Below are positions 1 through 11,442 of a stretch of 64,000 nucleotides of DNA, piece after piece. Origin of the DNA: Octopus bimaculoides (lineage: Eukaryota); NCBI RefSeq assembly GCF_001194135.2, contig NC_068982.1, positions 37,675,654 through 37,739,653 on the forward strand, given 5' to 3'. Position 1 is the stretch's first letter, and each line of letters opens with the position of its first letter. Position numbers and translations under genes: made by a program. Below the pieces are notes generated by a model, which was given only the letters and a program-made list of their open reading frames with translations, ran no database searches and had not been told where the DNA came from.

Positions 1-555
1 TATATGGGGATAGAGATAAGGATAGAAAGAGAGGGGTATGAAAAGAATGGGGTGAGCGAAAAGGTAGGTAGATAGGTTGGTAGCTAGGTAGATATATGGA
101 TAGATAGATAGATAGATAGATAGACAGATAGATAGATAGATAGAGAGAGAGAGAGTTTATGCAGACATGCACGGAAACATTTATATATATATATATATAT
201 ATGCGCGTGCGTTCATAATTTGCTTCTGAACGGAATCGCAATGTCAAACACAGGCTTAGAAGCAGTGACAGATGTGTGCGGCTTCTCTGTCAAACGATTA
301 CACTTTTAGGTGACATTTTCTCAACGTCTGCGCAAAGAATATGTCGCAATTTTTTTTCTTCAGTATAAATTCTTGATTATAAATTAAAATTCTCATCTCG
401 TGAGATTATTATGTCGTTTATTTTATAAGTTTTTATCAGCAACAGATTTTAAAAATTAATTACTCTATTGATTTGCGTGCGTGTGGTGCAGATTTGTGTG
501 TGAGTATGCGTGTGTGCGTGTATGTGTTTATATATATATATATATATATATATAT

Positions 556-665
556 GGGAGAATATACAAATAATAACAACAGACGAGGACAGGTGGTGTA
601 AATAACAAAAGTATATATTAGTATGACGCTCGGGAATACGGAAAGTCTTTGACGTTTCGAGCTAA
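556..665 (-). mobile_element. Penelope-type pseudo-LTR fragment with the 3' half of a hammerhead (gctcGAAACGTC)
   Basis: The minus strand reads gctc-GAAAC-GTC-aaagactttccgtattcccgagcgtcatactaat; the 5' half is replaced by TA-rich sequence. A related fragment lies on + at ~31139-31240. Confidence 0.5.
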
Positions 666-682
666 TATATAAATATATACAG

Positions 683-775
683 GCGGAGGTAAAGAATACG
701 CACACCACCCGTTTTCGACGTAACCCCAACCCTAAACGCCAAAAAACGGGTGGTGTGTGTATTCTTTACCTTCGC
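683..775. repeat. Hairpin/foldback element with 33-bp arms and a telomere-like loop, embedded in TA/TATG repeats
   Basis: 683-715 is the reverse complement of 743-775 with 2 mismatches. The stem extends with G:U pairs to 721/736. Loop: aaccccaaccctaa. Confidence 0.85.
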
Positions 776-1202
776 GTATATATGTATGTATGTATGTATG
801 TATATTAGAATCTCTTTTGTAACTCAGGCGGTGGAATAGCAGAAATTGTAGGAGTACTTTTTCAACATTTCAATTCTTCAAGTATTGTCGTTGCCGACTT
901 AGCAATTCATTTTTGTGGGTGGTGGTCAGTAGAATAAGTACCAGCCATTTACAAACATCGATTCAATCAACTATATCGCTCACATACATATTTGTAGCCT
1001 TGTGTCCTTTCTAAGTAATCTATATATTTAGAAAATTCAGATATAAACCTTTTTCATTTAAATTTTCTGATACTAGTTATGGAAGTTATGTTTCTTAATT
1101 TCACTTTAGCAAACTGGCTTTCCAGATTATGAACGTTTGTCTTGAAACACACTCATCTATCTATCTAATTGTTTGTAAAACATTGTTTTCTTAAATCTAA
1201 AG

Positions 1203-1433
1203 CAGGGGTCCTCAACTGGGGTCCACATAAGATTTTGCTATTAAAATTTATGTGCAGTAAATCGGTAATATCTTTACAATGCACAAAATATTTGAACAAT
1301 TTTTTAAATACAGTTCCTAATATTTAATTATAAAAATACGTGGCTTTTTAAAACATCGAAAGTCTGTTGGGATCCAGTAGAATAAGATACGATTCAAAGG
1401 GGTCCATTGGCAAAAAATGGTTGAGAATCACTG
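1203..1433. mobile_element. hAT/Charlie-type MITE (older copy)
   Basis: Ends are CAGGGGTCCTCAA...TTGAGAATCACTG, and the internal sequence is similar to the 7890-8142 copy. No TSD is recognisable. Confidence 0.7.
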
Positions 1434-2549
1434 AAACCTTTCGATTATAAAGGTTTTCTTTGGATATGCAAGTCTAACAGACTACACATTTTAAAATTGA
1501 TGCACAATGACTACTTAGCATTTTTGCACCCAAAACACACGTGTGTGTATGTGTGCATACATAACTTTTGAAGGTGCAAATAATAAAGGAGTTATGCAAA
1601 GTTTTAAAATCTCATCTGCTAATACTTTTCAGGCAATATATACTCTATAGCTTGTATTGTTCTTTTCTTATTTGGTAAACCAATGTTTTTGCTTAGTTTT
1701 ATTTATACAACTATATCCAGTTAACAAATACGGTGGAGGCAGCAGACTGATAGTTTGGGGACGATGTCTTGTCGATAACAATAATCAGCTGATAATCTTA
1801 AGTTTGGGACCCACTACATTTGATAACAATAGGTCGTTAACAACATTATCTGTGATTATGGTAAATGAATTCCACTGTAGTTAAATCCAAGGCAATAGCA
1901 TCTTTGAAATAAATTGTACCTTAAATTGTTATTATTAACTAGATTGCCAGACAAAAACGCCTTGTGGCATTTAGTTATATACCCTTTTACACCTGAGTTC
2001 GAATCCTAACTATGCCTTTCATCTTTTGAGAGACAAGTAGTGAGGTCGATTTAATCGATTATGTCTGTTTTCCATTTTTCTGGTCTGGGTAACGTTTATT
2101 AGCAATCATGACATTGAAGTTTGTCAAGTGCTAGAGTAAATGCGGTGCGGTGTTTAGTTATTATGATTTCAACATTTTGAGTTCAAACCCCGCTAGATTT
2201 GAGTTTGCAGCTCTCCATTTGGAGTTTATAGAATAAATACCAAAATGGAAGCGAATAAATAATTTACATTTTCTCATTCTAACTATATAGTTTTGTAACT
2301 ATGTTAGAAATTCTTCTTTAATGTCATCAGGAGTTGCATGAACGCCATATTTTCTCACATTCCTTTAAGATTCGCGAGGTGATGCCAAATTAGATGTAGC
2401 TAGCAATATTAATACTGAACAGTATCACTGAACAGTAATACCTAATCAATATTAGTCAACTAGTCTTCTTTACGAGTTAAAAGAAAAAACTATTGAGTTT
2501 CATTATATTAATGTTTATTAAAGTAATTCTGTTAAATAATATAACCAAA

Positions 2550-2570
2550 ATGGTGTGTGATGTACAACAG
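2550..2570 (+). CDS. CACNB: Voltage-gated calcium channel beta subunit, putative first coding exon (MVCDVQQ)
   Basis: aaaATGG start context at 2550 and a strong donor CAG|GTGAGC at 2570/2571. Phase 0 matches the phase-0 acceptor at 2657 across an 86-nt intron ending tctttccttttaatAG. A second in-frame ATG at 2511 (MFIKVILLNNITK) has a weaker context; the in-frame stop is at 2478. Confidence 0.7.
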
Positions 2571-2656
2571 GTGAGCATGAATGAAAGTTAAAAGAAACTG
2601 AAACTGTTCATTGCTTAGATAACATATACGTTAATACATTTCTTTCCTTTTAATAG

Positions 2657-2740
2657 GGAAAAGGATCAAAGCGTAAAGGAGGGAAGTTTAAGCGTTCTGA
2701 TGGCAGTTTTTCCGACAGTTCGAACAGTTTTATCCGACAG
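2657..2740 (+). CDS. CACNB: Voltage-gated calcium channel beta subunit, exon 2 (GKGSKRKGGKFKRSDGSFSDSSNSFIRQ)
   Basis: 84-nt phase 0/0 exon between a polypyrimidine AG (2655-2656) and CAG|GTAAGT (2741). The translation closely matches the recalled vertebrate CACNB1 N-terminal exon [29 protein letters not shown], which precedes GSA(D/E)S. Confidence 0.93.
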
Positions 2741-3755
2741 GTAAGTTCATGTTTTGGTTCACTAACAAATCAGGAAAAGATGGCGATTGTGTATCTCTCT
2801 GTTGCCGTAGTCACAGGTGCGCGCGCATTCACACGCAAACACATACGTGCAACAGCTAAATACAACAACAATAATAAGACAAATACGCATGAATATACGC
2901 ACGTACATATGTAAAGTCATAACGGATATTAACTCAATATCTCACAGTAGCTTTGACATATGGTTTAGAATTAACTATGATTAAATGGATAAAAAATAAA
3001 AAAAAAGAAAAGAAAAAGAAAAAAGAGAAAAAAATTGCATGAATTGTGTAAAGTTGATTTGCAAATTTTTAAAGATTTTCTTTTTTTACATTTTTTAATT
3101 AAGCAGTATATATTGTTTTTTACATATATAATGAGAATAACATTTTTTTTCTGTGTTGATTTACAAAAGTAAAACGTTTCATCCAATAACATTTTCTGAT
3201 TTATGTTCTAGTACCCCGCAAACCCTTTCCTGCATAGTGTTAACCAATTATATAGTATGTGATTAAGGAATAAAGACTACGTAGATATCTAATTGTATTA
3301 ATACGTGTATATGTTATTTGTATTGATACACTGTAAGTTTGTAATCTTATTTAATATAGAATGTAGTCACCAATGTTTTATAATGTTTGTAAATCAAAAT
3401 TATAGTTCTGAGTCTCAGAGATTTATGAACCAAAAGGAAAGGGAATATTTTACTTATCTAACCCTATAATTTTTATCTCCATTTCTTATTCTAAATTTCC
3501 TCTCTGAATAAACTGTCCACACACCTAATTAGTGCGACTGATGAAAATTATAACTAATTTTTGTTTTTGTTTTATCATGTTGGCTTATTTGATAACATGA
3601 GCTTGTAGAGTTTTGAATGGTTTGTGGTGATATTATTTCATCACGCTTCCTTATTCTGAAGCTTGTCAATATTATATACCTATGGAAAAGTTTAATATTG
3701 TCATTTACTTGGACTACCTACTCTATTTGACATACCTACACATGTGTGCTTTACT

Positions 3756-4158
3756 CCTCAACTTTGTTTCCTCATAACTCTCAGAAAAAAAACGGATATT
3801 TTTTGTATGAAATTTTCTACAAATACCTTTCAGATGATGTAGATTATGATTATATTGGAATTTAATGCGCTGTGGGAGGGAGGAAACAAAAGCCAAAAAA
3901 AAAAAAAGAAAATCTGGTAGGCACGCACATTCTGATACACATCAGTGTTTACAAAATTTAAAATTTCATTTTGTAGATATTTGTGTGATGTGTCAGTGTA
4001 TATATGTGCACGCTTACCCAGTATATATGGCAATCAATATATATATAGCTGTAAATTGAATTTCAATAAATCGTAATCTTCATCATCTGAAAGGTATCCA
4101 GAAAATTTCATTAAAAAACATCCATTTTTCTGAAAGTTATGAGGAAACAAAGTCGAGG
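3756..4158. repeat. Degenerate inverted repeat (~105-bp arms, about 80% identity), probably a MITE
   Basis: 3756-3866 (cctcaactttgtttcctcataact...agattatgattatattggaatttaat) matches the reverse complement of 4055-4158. Confidence 0.75.
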
Positions 4159-4989
4159 TGGTGTGTGAAAGGGGGCACTTGTTTAGATACACCATTCTTC
4201 CATCAATGTAAACTTGATAGTGTATAAACTTTTCGCAATTTGAAAAGGATTTTCGTAATCTAATTTTTATAAATACCTTTCCCTCCACTCTGTCAAATTT
4301 TTCATTACAGATCCTCGTAACGTGTTGTCCTTTTAGTGATTTTTTTACTCTTAGTTTTATATTGCTGTTAAGTGTTGTATTTTTTATTGTGAATATTATT
4401 TGAAGAATCTAGCTTATAAATTGTACTAGTCTATAATTTGTTTGTGGTTGATAAAAATATCGCCATCTATCTAACCTAGTGAAGCTACCATTATTTGGCC
4501 AGCTTTCGTTTTCACAACTCCCATTTTATTTACTTCCTGCTCCTTGTTTCAAAGATTTTCTTTTTTCTCATTTTTGTATGGAAAAAGAGTATTATATTTA
4601 GTTGAGTTGCTCATTTCTTTTTCATCAGCATTTTCACCAGATTTTAAAAACTATCAGTTAAGTAATGCTTGAGTATATTTTACTGGCCTGGTGATCATAC
4701 ACTTTCATTCAACGCCAATTTCCAAATGTTATTTTTTCTGCAATTTATGCTTGGCAAGCATTGATTCGGAGCTGTGATAATTGGCCTTCAGTTCATTGAT
4801 TGATAATCATTGCTAGCTGTCTTATTCTCTTAAGTGGTCATTTAAAAGTTTTCCCCAACTAGCTTTCTCTTCCTATATCTGCTCTTTCATCATTCTTTTA
4901 CTTTTGCTACCAATTACTGATTTTATTAAAAACTACTTTTTACCCATTTGTGTGCTTGCACAGAAGATAGTTTTTCTTCATGTTTTAAG

Positions 4990-5570
4990 GTGCAGTTATT
5001 TGATGAAGGAAATTACACTGTTGACTTTCTGGCAAATTAGGATTGGTCATAGGGATTACTAAGGCCCCTAGACTGTAACTGTGATGAGAAGAGGAGAAAC
5101 AGGTATGTCAAGTGGGTTTGAGTGGTAGCACTATGTTTGATGAGAAATGGATAAAGTCAAAGGCCTGCTTAGCTAGTTGTTTCCTGTTCCAAACATAGTA
5201 AAATGCTTTTCTTATGTCATGTTTATTGCCATTGAAAAGTGAAAAACTCCTCGAAAGGTTCATAGTTGATCTGGCTCTACAGAAGCCGTCCTGGTGGAAG
5301 AGAGATTCTTGAGGATTGATGGGTCACTCTCTGGAAAGTTTCCAAAGACTAGGGTAGACCCTAGTATTGAGAGAATAGGGGTAAGCTCTGAGCACAATAT
5401 TTGAATGTAATGGAAGGAATTTTGTTAGCAGCCTTGTTGATTTGAAGCAGTAGGAGGGATTTTTGGTGGAGAGACTGGCAAAGTTTTTCTGTATGCATTC
5501 AGGGATGTGAGTGCATCGTGATACTAACTGTTAGAGAGAGTTCAGATAAATTATCATTTGTGTTTGTTTT
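4990..5570 (-). mobile_element. CR1/Jockey-group LINE reverse transcriptase fragment, decayed
   Basis: Minus-strand frames give CSELTPILS, NYEP (NYRPIS-like) and KQAFDF (SKAFD-like), with stops and frameshifts. Boundaries approximate. Confidence 0.55.
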
Positions 5571-6209
5571 TATATCCAGCTCTTTCATGCTGCTATGGGT
5601 GAGATGAATACATATATATTGAGGCATTGGTTTTACAGCCAGGTACCTTTACTGTTGCTAATCTATATCTGATTTTCAAGGCAGGGGAATTTTTCTACAT
5701 GTCTTTGAAGTTGCAGTTAGTGAACAATTTGTTGACAATGAATGTTAACAAACCTCATCATTATTTAGTTTGAGGCTTTTCATGTGAAGTGATGTGTGTA
5801 AGCATTAACACACGTGCACACATACATATCTACAAATATTGATACAATATACATACATACCTGTATCCAAACTGTCATGATGTGCCTATGCATGCTATAG
5901 TTCTTGGAAATAATTTATATCTACATTTGTAATTTTTGTCACCTAAAAAGCTAGAAAGGTATGTGGCTGGCTTCTATCCTCTGTAGTTTAGTAGAGGGGA
6001 AATAGCTAGTTGGTAAGCTATTAATCTCAAATCTTCTGTTGGTAGATTGTTGAGTTCACATAGCTGTCAAGAATAGGTTCAGGATCATGTGGAAATTTTA
6101 TGGACTGGTAGACTATCCAGCTTCATGGTATGAAACTAGAACTAACACTGATCGCTGGAGCTCTCTTGTGCTGTGGAAACATTCACCTCACTGTATGAGG
6201 TGGTATCAA

Positions 6210-6505
6210 AAGGTTCCTGAACTAGTTATGTTTAATAAAAAATAACTTATTGACCTATGTTTTAACATCATCTCTTTTGAAATAATCGCCTTGTGCAGCA
6301 ATACACCGGTCCCAGCGTTCCTGCCACTTTTGGAATTTGGTCTGGAAGTCATTTTCTAAGGTTCCTGAACTAGTTATGTTTAATAAAAAATAACTTATTT
6401 ACCTATGTTTTAACATCATCTCCTTTGAAATAATCGCCTTGTGCAGCAATACACCGGTCCCAGCGTTCTTGCCACTTTTGGAATTTGGTCTGGAAGTCAT
6501 TTTCT
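6210..6505. repeat. 148-bp tandem duplication inside the mariner end
   Basis: 6210-6357 versus 6358-6505, with 3 substitutions. Confidence 0.95.
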
Positions 6506-7146
6506 GTAAGCGAGTCGAGGACCTTCTGCGATTCTCTCTGGATCTCGACATTGGTGTTAAAATGGTGACCTATGAGCTGCATTTTCATCTTGGGGAAGAG
6601 ATGGAAATCCGCAGGTGCTAAATGTGGTGAATAGGATGGGTGCAGAAGTGATACCATGCTGTTTTTGGTGAGAAACTCATGAGTGAAGAGAGCTTAGTGA
6701 CAGGCTGCATTGTCATTGTGAAGAATCCAATTCTTCGCGCTCCACAGATCTGGTTGCTTTTGCCAAATGTCCTCCTTTTCAAAACATTGCAGTAGAACTC
6801 TCGATTTACAGTCTGGCCCTGGGGAACAAATTCTTGATGCACAACACCACATTTCTGGGGGTGACATTCATAGCAGGTCTTCCAGATCGCTCATCGTCTT
6901 CAGGGACATTCTTCTGTTTTTGAAGTTCCCGTGCCACTTGAAACATTGTGTATGACCCATTGCCTGGTGGCTGTAAGCTTGCCAAAGCATGCTTAATGTC
7001 TCTGTAGCAGACTTCCCAAGTTTAATGCAAAATTTCATGTTGGCTCTTTGTTTGTCTGTGACAAAATCGCAGACTACAGCATACATGTGATCACAAAAAC
7101 ACAAATTCACAACTTGTGAGGTAAACACAGTGATGTCACTCGGCAC
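6403..7146 (-). pseudogene. Mariner transposase remnant
   Basis: N-terminal HTH (QRANMKFCIKLGKSATETLSMLWQAY...DDERSGRP) is fused by a deletion directly to GVVHQEFVPQGQTVNREFYCNVL, followed by HPSYSPHLAPADFHLFPKMK...WQERWDRCIAAQGDYF (YSPDLAP motif). Frameshifted. Confidence 0.93.
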
Positions 7147-7350
7147 ACTGCCTCATAAAGGTCACTGCTAGCTCTCACTGCACATCCATTTGTGTACTTA
7201 CATTTGTTGGCGTGCTACAGAACTGGTCCAGCAACTTTTTGATACCACCTTGTAGTTTGATGAGTAATATTGATACTGCTGGTGAATAGCTTGTGAAAAT
7301 TATTCAGTTTATGTATGGAGGAAGTATAGCTAATATATTAAACTTGATAA

Positions 7351-7562
7351 GGTGGTGAGCTGGCAGAATTGTTAGCACATTGGGCTAAGTGCTTAGTGGC
7401 ATTTCCTCTCTCTTTGCATTCTGAGCTCAAATTCTGCTGAGATTGACCTTGTCTTTCAACATTTTGGAGTCACTAAAATAAGTACCAGTTGAGCATTGGA
7501 GTTGATGTAAACAACCTTTCCTATCACCCAAAATTTCTAGCCTTGTGCCAAAATTTGAAACC
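7351..7562 (+). mobile_element. tRNA-derived SINE, family A (ggtgagctggcagaattgttagc...), with 15-bp TSD
   Basis: TSD tatattaaacttgat at 7334-7348 and 7565-7579. Homologous copies at 11229, 32744 and 61228. Confidence 0.85.
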
Positions 7563-7889
7563 AGTATATTAAACTTGATTATTTCAAGTAGGTGTCTCAC
7601 ATATTTTGCTTTTCATTCTTTGTTAAAACTTTAATAGCAGAATTCAAGCAAAAATACTGGCTCTCATGATCAAATTAATTTGTTTTAATTCATTAATATA
7701 AGTAGGAGGAGGTGGTGAATGACTGTAGCTTTTCTTAAAACTCTCTATAAACTAGAGTATAGAGTTAACTATAAACCAATGTAGTTAACGTTAAGCTGGA
7801 ATTTTTTAAGATTGGAGTTGAAATGAGCACATAAAAAGAGTTCTAAAAGTAATGTAGTTCTTGGAGGAAATATCTTGTAAAGTCTAGAG

Positions 7890-8142
7890 CAATGGTTCTC
7901 AACTGGAGTCCATATGACTCTTGGGAGTCTGTATAAGATTTTGTTGTAAAAGTTTACATCCCATAAATTGGTTATACTTCTGCAAGACACAAAATATTTG
8001 AACATTTTTTTAATACAATTCCTAATGATATTTAATTAAAAAAATATAGGATTTTTTAAACATCAAATGGCTATGAGGGTCCACTTGAGTAAAATTGGAA
8101 CTAAAGGGGTCCAAAATTTTAAAAAATGGTTGAGAACCACTG
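7890..8142. mobile_element. hAT/Charlie-type MITE
   Basis: TIRs CAATGGTTCTCAA / TTGAGAACCACTG. The 8-bp TSD gtctagag / gtctagaa fits the NTCTAGAN preference of Charlie elements. Confidence 0.9.
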
Positions 8143-9739
8143 GTCTAGAAAGTGAGTCACAGTAGGATGACAAGAAGAGGCAGATGCACCAAATGGGTGT
8201 AGATGACAGCAGCCTACTCTTAGGAAGTTCAAATTGAATATGAGCTAATACTAATTCTTGTGAAATTTGTGAGAAGGGATTTAAATTAAATGAATTTAAG
8301 CAGAATAGGTTTATGACTAATGCGTTTTTATCAAAATTTTACAGCCTAACATCTTTAAAGGAAAGGAAATGATTAGGCTGTATATAACTTATGACAGTCT
8401 TTGGAGATGGATATTGCAGATATGCTATTTTTCAAGATGTGAAATTTATTTATCAATTCAATAAGATTAGAAGAATTAGTTTTTGTAGAAGAGTTTTTTT
8501 ATGAATGGTGATGTTGGAGTTTTTGAAATCTTTGCTTTTCTGTTATTGGTGTTATGCTTGTTATTTGAAAGATGTGTATTTTTGACTGCATCTACACTAT
8601 AATTATTGCTTATATGTGTTGCTAAGTTTTGTGATATGTTTGTTAATATGTATGCAGTTTTTAATGTTTCTTATTAAAAAATAAGTAGATTTATTTTGTT
8701 AGTGAAGTAACTGAAATAATTGTTTGCTATGTTTGTTATGTAAAAAATTTTTATTGATAGAATATCATAAGTGCCACAAAGTGAAAATCTTTTTTTTTTA
8801 AGTCTATAAATGTGAAAGGTATCATTCTAAATGAATTACCATGTTTCCTGTCTAAGCATATGCTTTTGTTGAGAAGTCTGATTTTGGTTATAAACAGTAG
8901 CTCTGATCTCATTGCAGAAACACTACACATTTAAATCTAGAAAATTTTTTTAATCACAATTTCTTGTAGTATCAATCCTTCATATCTTGTTTAAAGTTTC
9001 CCATCTTATATTCTGAATGAAATCATTTTAGTTTTTAGTTCTTAATTTTCTTCTTCCTAGCTGGAAAATTAGGCCTCAGCTTTTTGAAGCCCTTGACACT
9101 AGTCTTTAGCAACTCTCTGTGTATTGTTCCATATATGATGCATTCCCCACAGCCTTTCCTCTTCAATGGCAGTACATCTGATGTTCTTTTGGATGTCCAG
9201 GCTTTTGGTTTCTTGGTAGTATCCATGTTAATGCTATCTATGGTATATCCTCCTAGATTATTATGAATGCATAATCCAGCCATCTGAGCCACTAGCATTT
9301 TATTAATGACTTGTAGGGATGCAGTATTTTGTTATGCAACCATAATATAGGGTTATCTCTACTATAATTTCTATAGACTAGCATTTTATTTCAAGGATCA
9401 CACTACTGCAACTAATTTGACACCTTGCTGATCCAGAGCTGCAGCAGATTTTCCTCAAGCACCCATTGTTGAAAGTATTGATCTTTTCATCTTTTACTTT
9501 TACTAGCAGTCACCAGCAGTATTCTGAAACATGCATTAGGACGGATTTGACATCAATGGTATAGAATCCAACCTTAGTCCTAAAACTGCATTCAAATCAA
9601 CAGAAATCTTACAGGCTTTGGCAACCTTACTTGTAAGCCCTTTATTGACCTATTGACTTTGCTGATAAGATGTCCTAGACATGTAAAGTCTTTCACATGA
9701 TTTGTCAACGTCAAAGTGAAGAAGCACAAACAAACATAC

Positions 9740-9895
9740 ATACATTTATGTGTGTGTGCATGTGTGCGCACATGGTGGGCTTCTTTCAATTACAGTCTAC
9801 CAAATCCATTCACAAGGTTTTGGTTGACTTGAGGCTTACAAGAACTCTTGCCCAATGGGACTGAACCCCAACCATGTAGCTTGGAGGCAATGTTC
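9740..9895 (-). mobile_element. SINE family B fragment
   Basis: Contains ggcttctttc...ctaccaaatccattcacaagg...cttgcccaatgggactgaacc, shared with the 10247-10645 copy. Boundaries approximate. Confidence 0.65.
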
Positions 9896-10246
9896 ATGTT
9901 TACTCAAAATTTAATAAATCTAACTGCTATATTGAATATACAATTATTGCACTTTGTTGCTAGTTAACTATTTATCTATAACAGTGAGTCATTGCAAAAT
10001 AATTACATATTGTATAATAAAATTAGATTAGAAAAAAAAAGTTGATAATTAAGTTACTTGCTAAACACATGATTTGGGTTCTGTCCCTTTGTGTGACACT
10101 TTAGGCAAGTGTCTTCTACTATAGCCCCAGAATAAAGAAACCTGTTGTGTATGTGTGTGTATTTATGTATGTGTATGTATATATGTGTGTGTGTGTATAT
10201 GTATATATATGTGTGTGTGTGTGTATTGTGGTATATTTTTTCTTTC

Positions 10247-10645
10247 TTTTCTTTTACTTGTTTCAGTCATTTGACTGCAGACATGCTGGAGTATCGCCTT
10301 TAGTCGAGCAAATCGACCCCAGGACTTATTCTTTGAAAACCTAGTACTTATTCTATCAGTCTCTTTTACTGAACTGCTAAGTTAAGGGACATAAACACAC
10401 TAGCATTGGTTATCAAGTGATGTTGCAGGGGATAAACACAGACACACAAACATATACACACACATACATATATATATTTATTTATATACATATGACGGGC
10501 TTCTTTCAGTTTCCATCTACCAAATCCACTCACAAGGCTTTGGTCTCCTGAGGCTATAGTAGAAGACACTTGCCCAAGATGCCATCCAGTGGGACTGAAC
10601 CTGGAACTATGTGGCTGGTAAGCTAACTACTTACCACACAGCCAT
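10247..10645 (-). mobile_element. tRNA-derived SINE, family B (ggctgtgtggtaag...cttgggcaagtgtcttctactatagcc), near full length
   Basis: tRNA-like head with A/B-box remnants at the right end and a central microsatellite. Homologous to the copies at 31.3, 33.3, 35.2, 54.1 and 55.2 kb. Confidence 0.85.
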
Positions 10646-11228
10646 GTATATATATATATGTATGTATAAAATGTGTAATATATATGTGTATGCATGTGTA
10701 TGTTATGTCAACTTGTCTTGACAAAATGCGATAGTTGTAAATGATTGTCACTGTCATACAAGTGGTGGTCTTTGTTTCCAATCCTCTATGAAAACATATC
10801 TGGTAATGGGAAAATATTACCTTATTTGGAAACAAGTGAATGTTGGCAAAAGGAGGGGCATCTAGCCATAGAAAATCTACCTCAACAAATTCTGTATGAG
10901 AAAGTGGGCATTAGAATGATGAATCTTTGATTTTCTATTGTAACAGCTTTACAAAAACTGTAAGTGAACAACTACATGGAAATGCATTAATGTTACAATT
11001 CATGTTGCTACACTAAATGTCTCCTACTTTGTGGTTACATTAAAAATAATCATTTTGAGGAAGTTAATTATTTTAAAGGCAGTATATAATATTTTTTAAT
11101 TTCTGTATTTCTATATTTTTGTATTATTGTGTGTTGTTGTGCATAGTGCACTGCATTTATTGGTAAGGTACTGAACTAATTTTGCATTAATTATTTATAC
11201 CATTAATGCTATTATTAGTATGTTGATT

Positions 11229-11442
11229 GGTGTGGTGAGCTGGCAGAATTGTTAGCATGCTGGGCAAAATACTGAGCAGCATTTTGTCTGTTTTTGTGTT
11301 CTGAGTTCAAATTCCACTGGGGTCGATTCTGTTTTTCATCCTTGTGGAGTTGATAAGATAAGTATTAGTTGGGTACTAGGGTTGATGTAATTGATTTGCC
11401 TTCTCTTCTGAACTTGCTGTCCTTGTGCCAAAATTTGAAACC
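11229..11442 (+). mobile_element. SINE family A
   Basis: Alignable by eye to 7351-7562. Confidence 0.8.

Larger units (their letters stand above)
2100..2800 (+). promoter_or_regulatory. Probable CpG-retaining promoter/5' region of CACNB with a YY1-like motif (AAGATGGCG at ~2775-2783)
   Basis: CpGs are frequent up to ~4.8 kb and depleted beyond. The YY1 consensus AANATGGCG lies just inside intron 2. The TSS was not located. Confidence 0.35.
6196..7252 (-). mobile_element. Mariner (Tc1/mariner) element, internally deleted and non-autonomous
   Basis: TA TSDs at 6194-6195 and 7253-7254. TIRs ~32 bp (tgaggtggtatcaaaaggttcctgaactagtt / aactggtccagcaactttttgataccaccttg). Contains transposase remnants. 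Confidence 0.95.

Noticed and set aside
4034-4410. Stop-free minus-strand frame of ~125 codons (includes the ORF-track entry MEGKVFIKIRL...)
   Set aside because: No recognisable domain. It overlaps one arm of the 3756-4158 inverted repeat. A rough estimate at this AT content makes about one such frame per few windows unsurprising.
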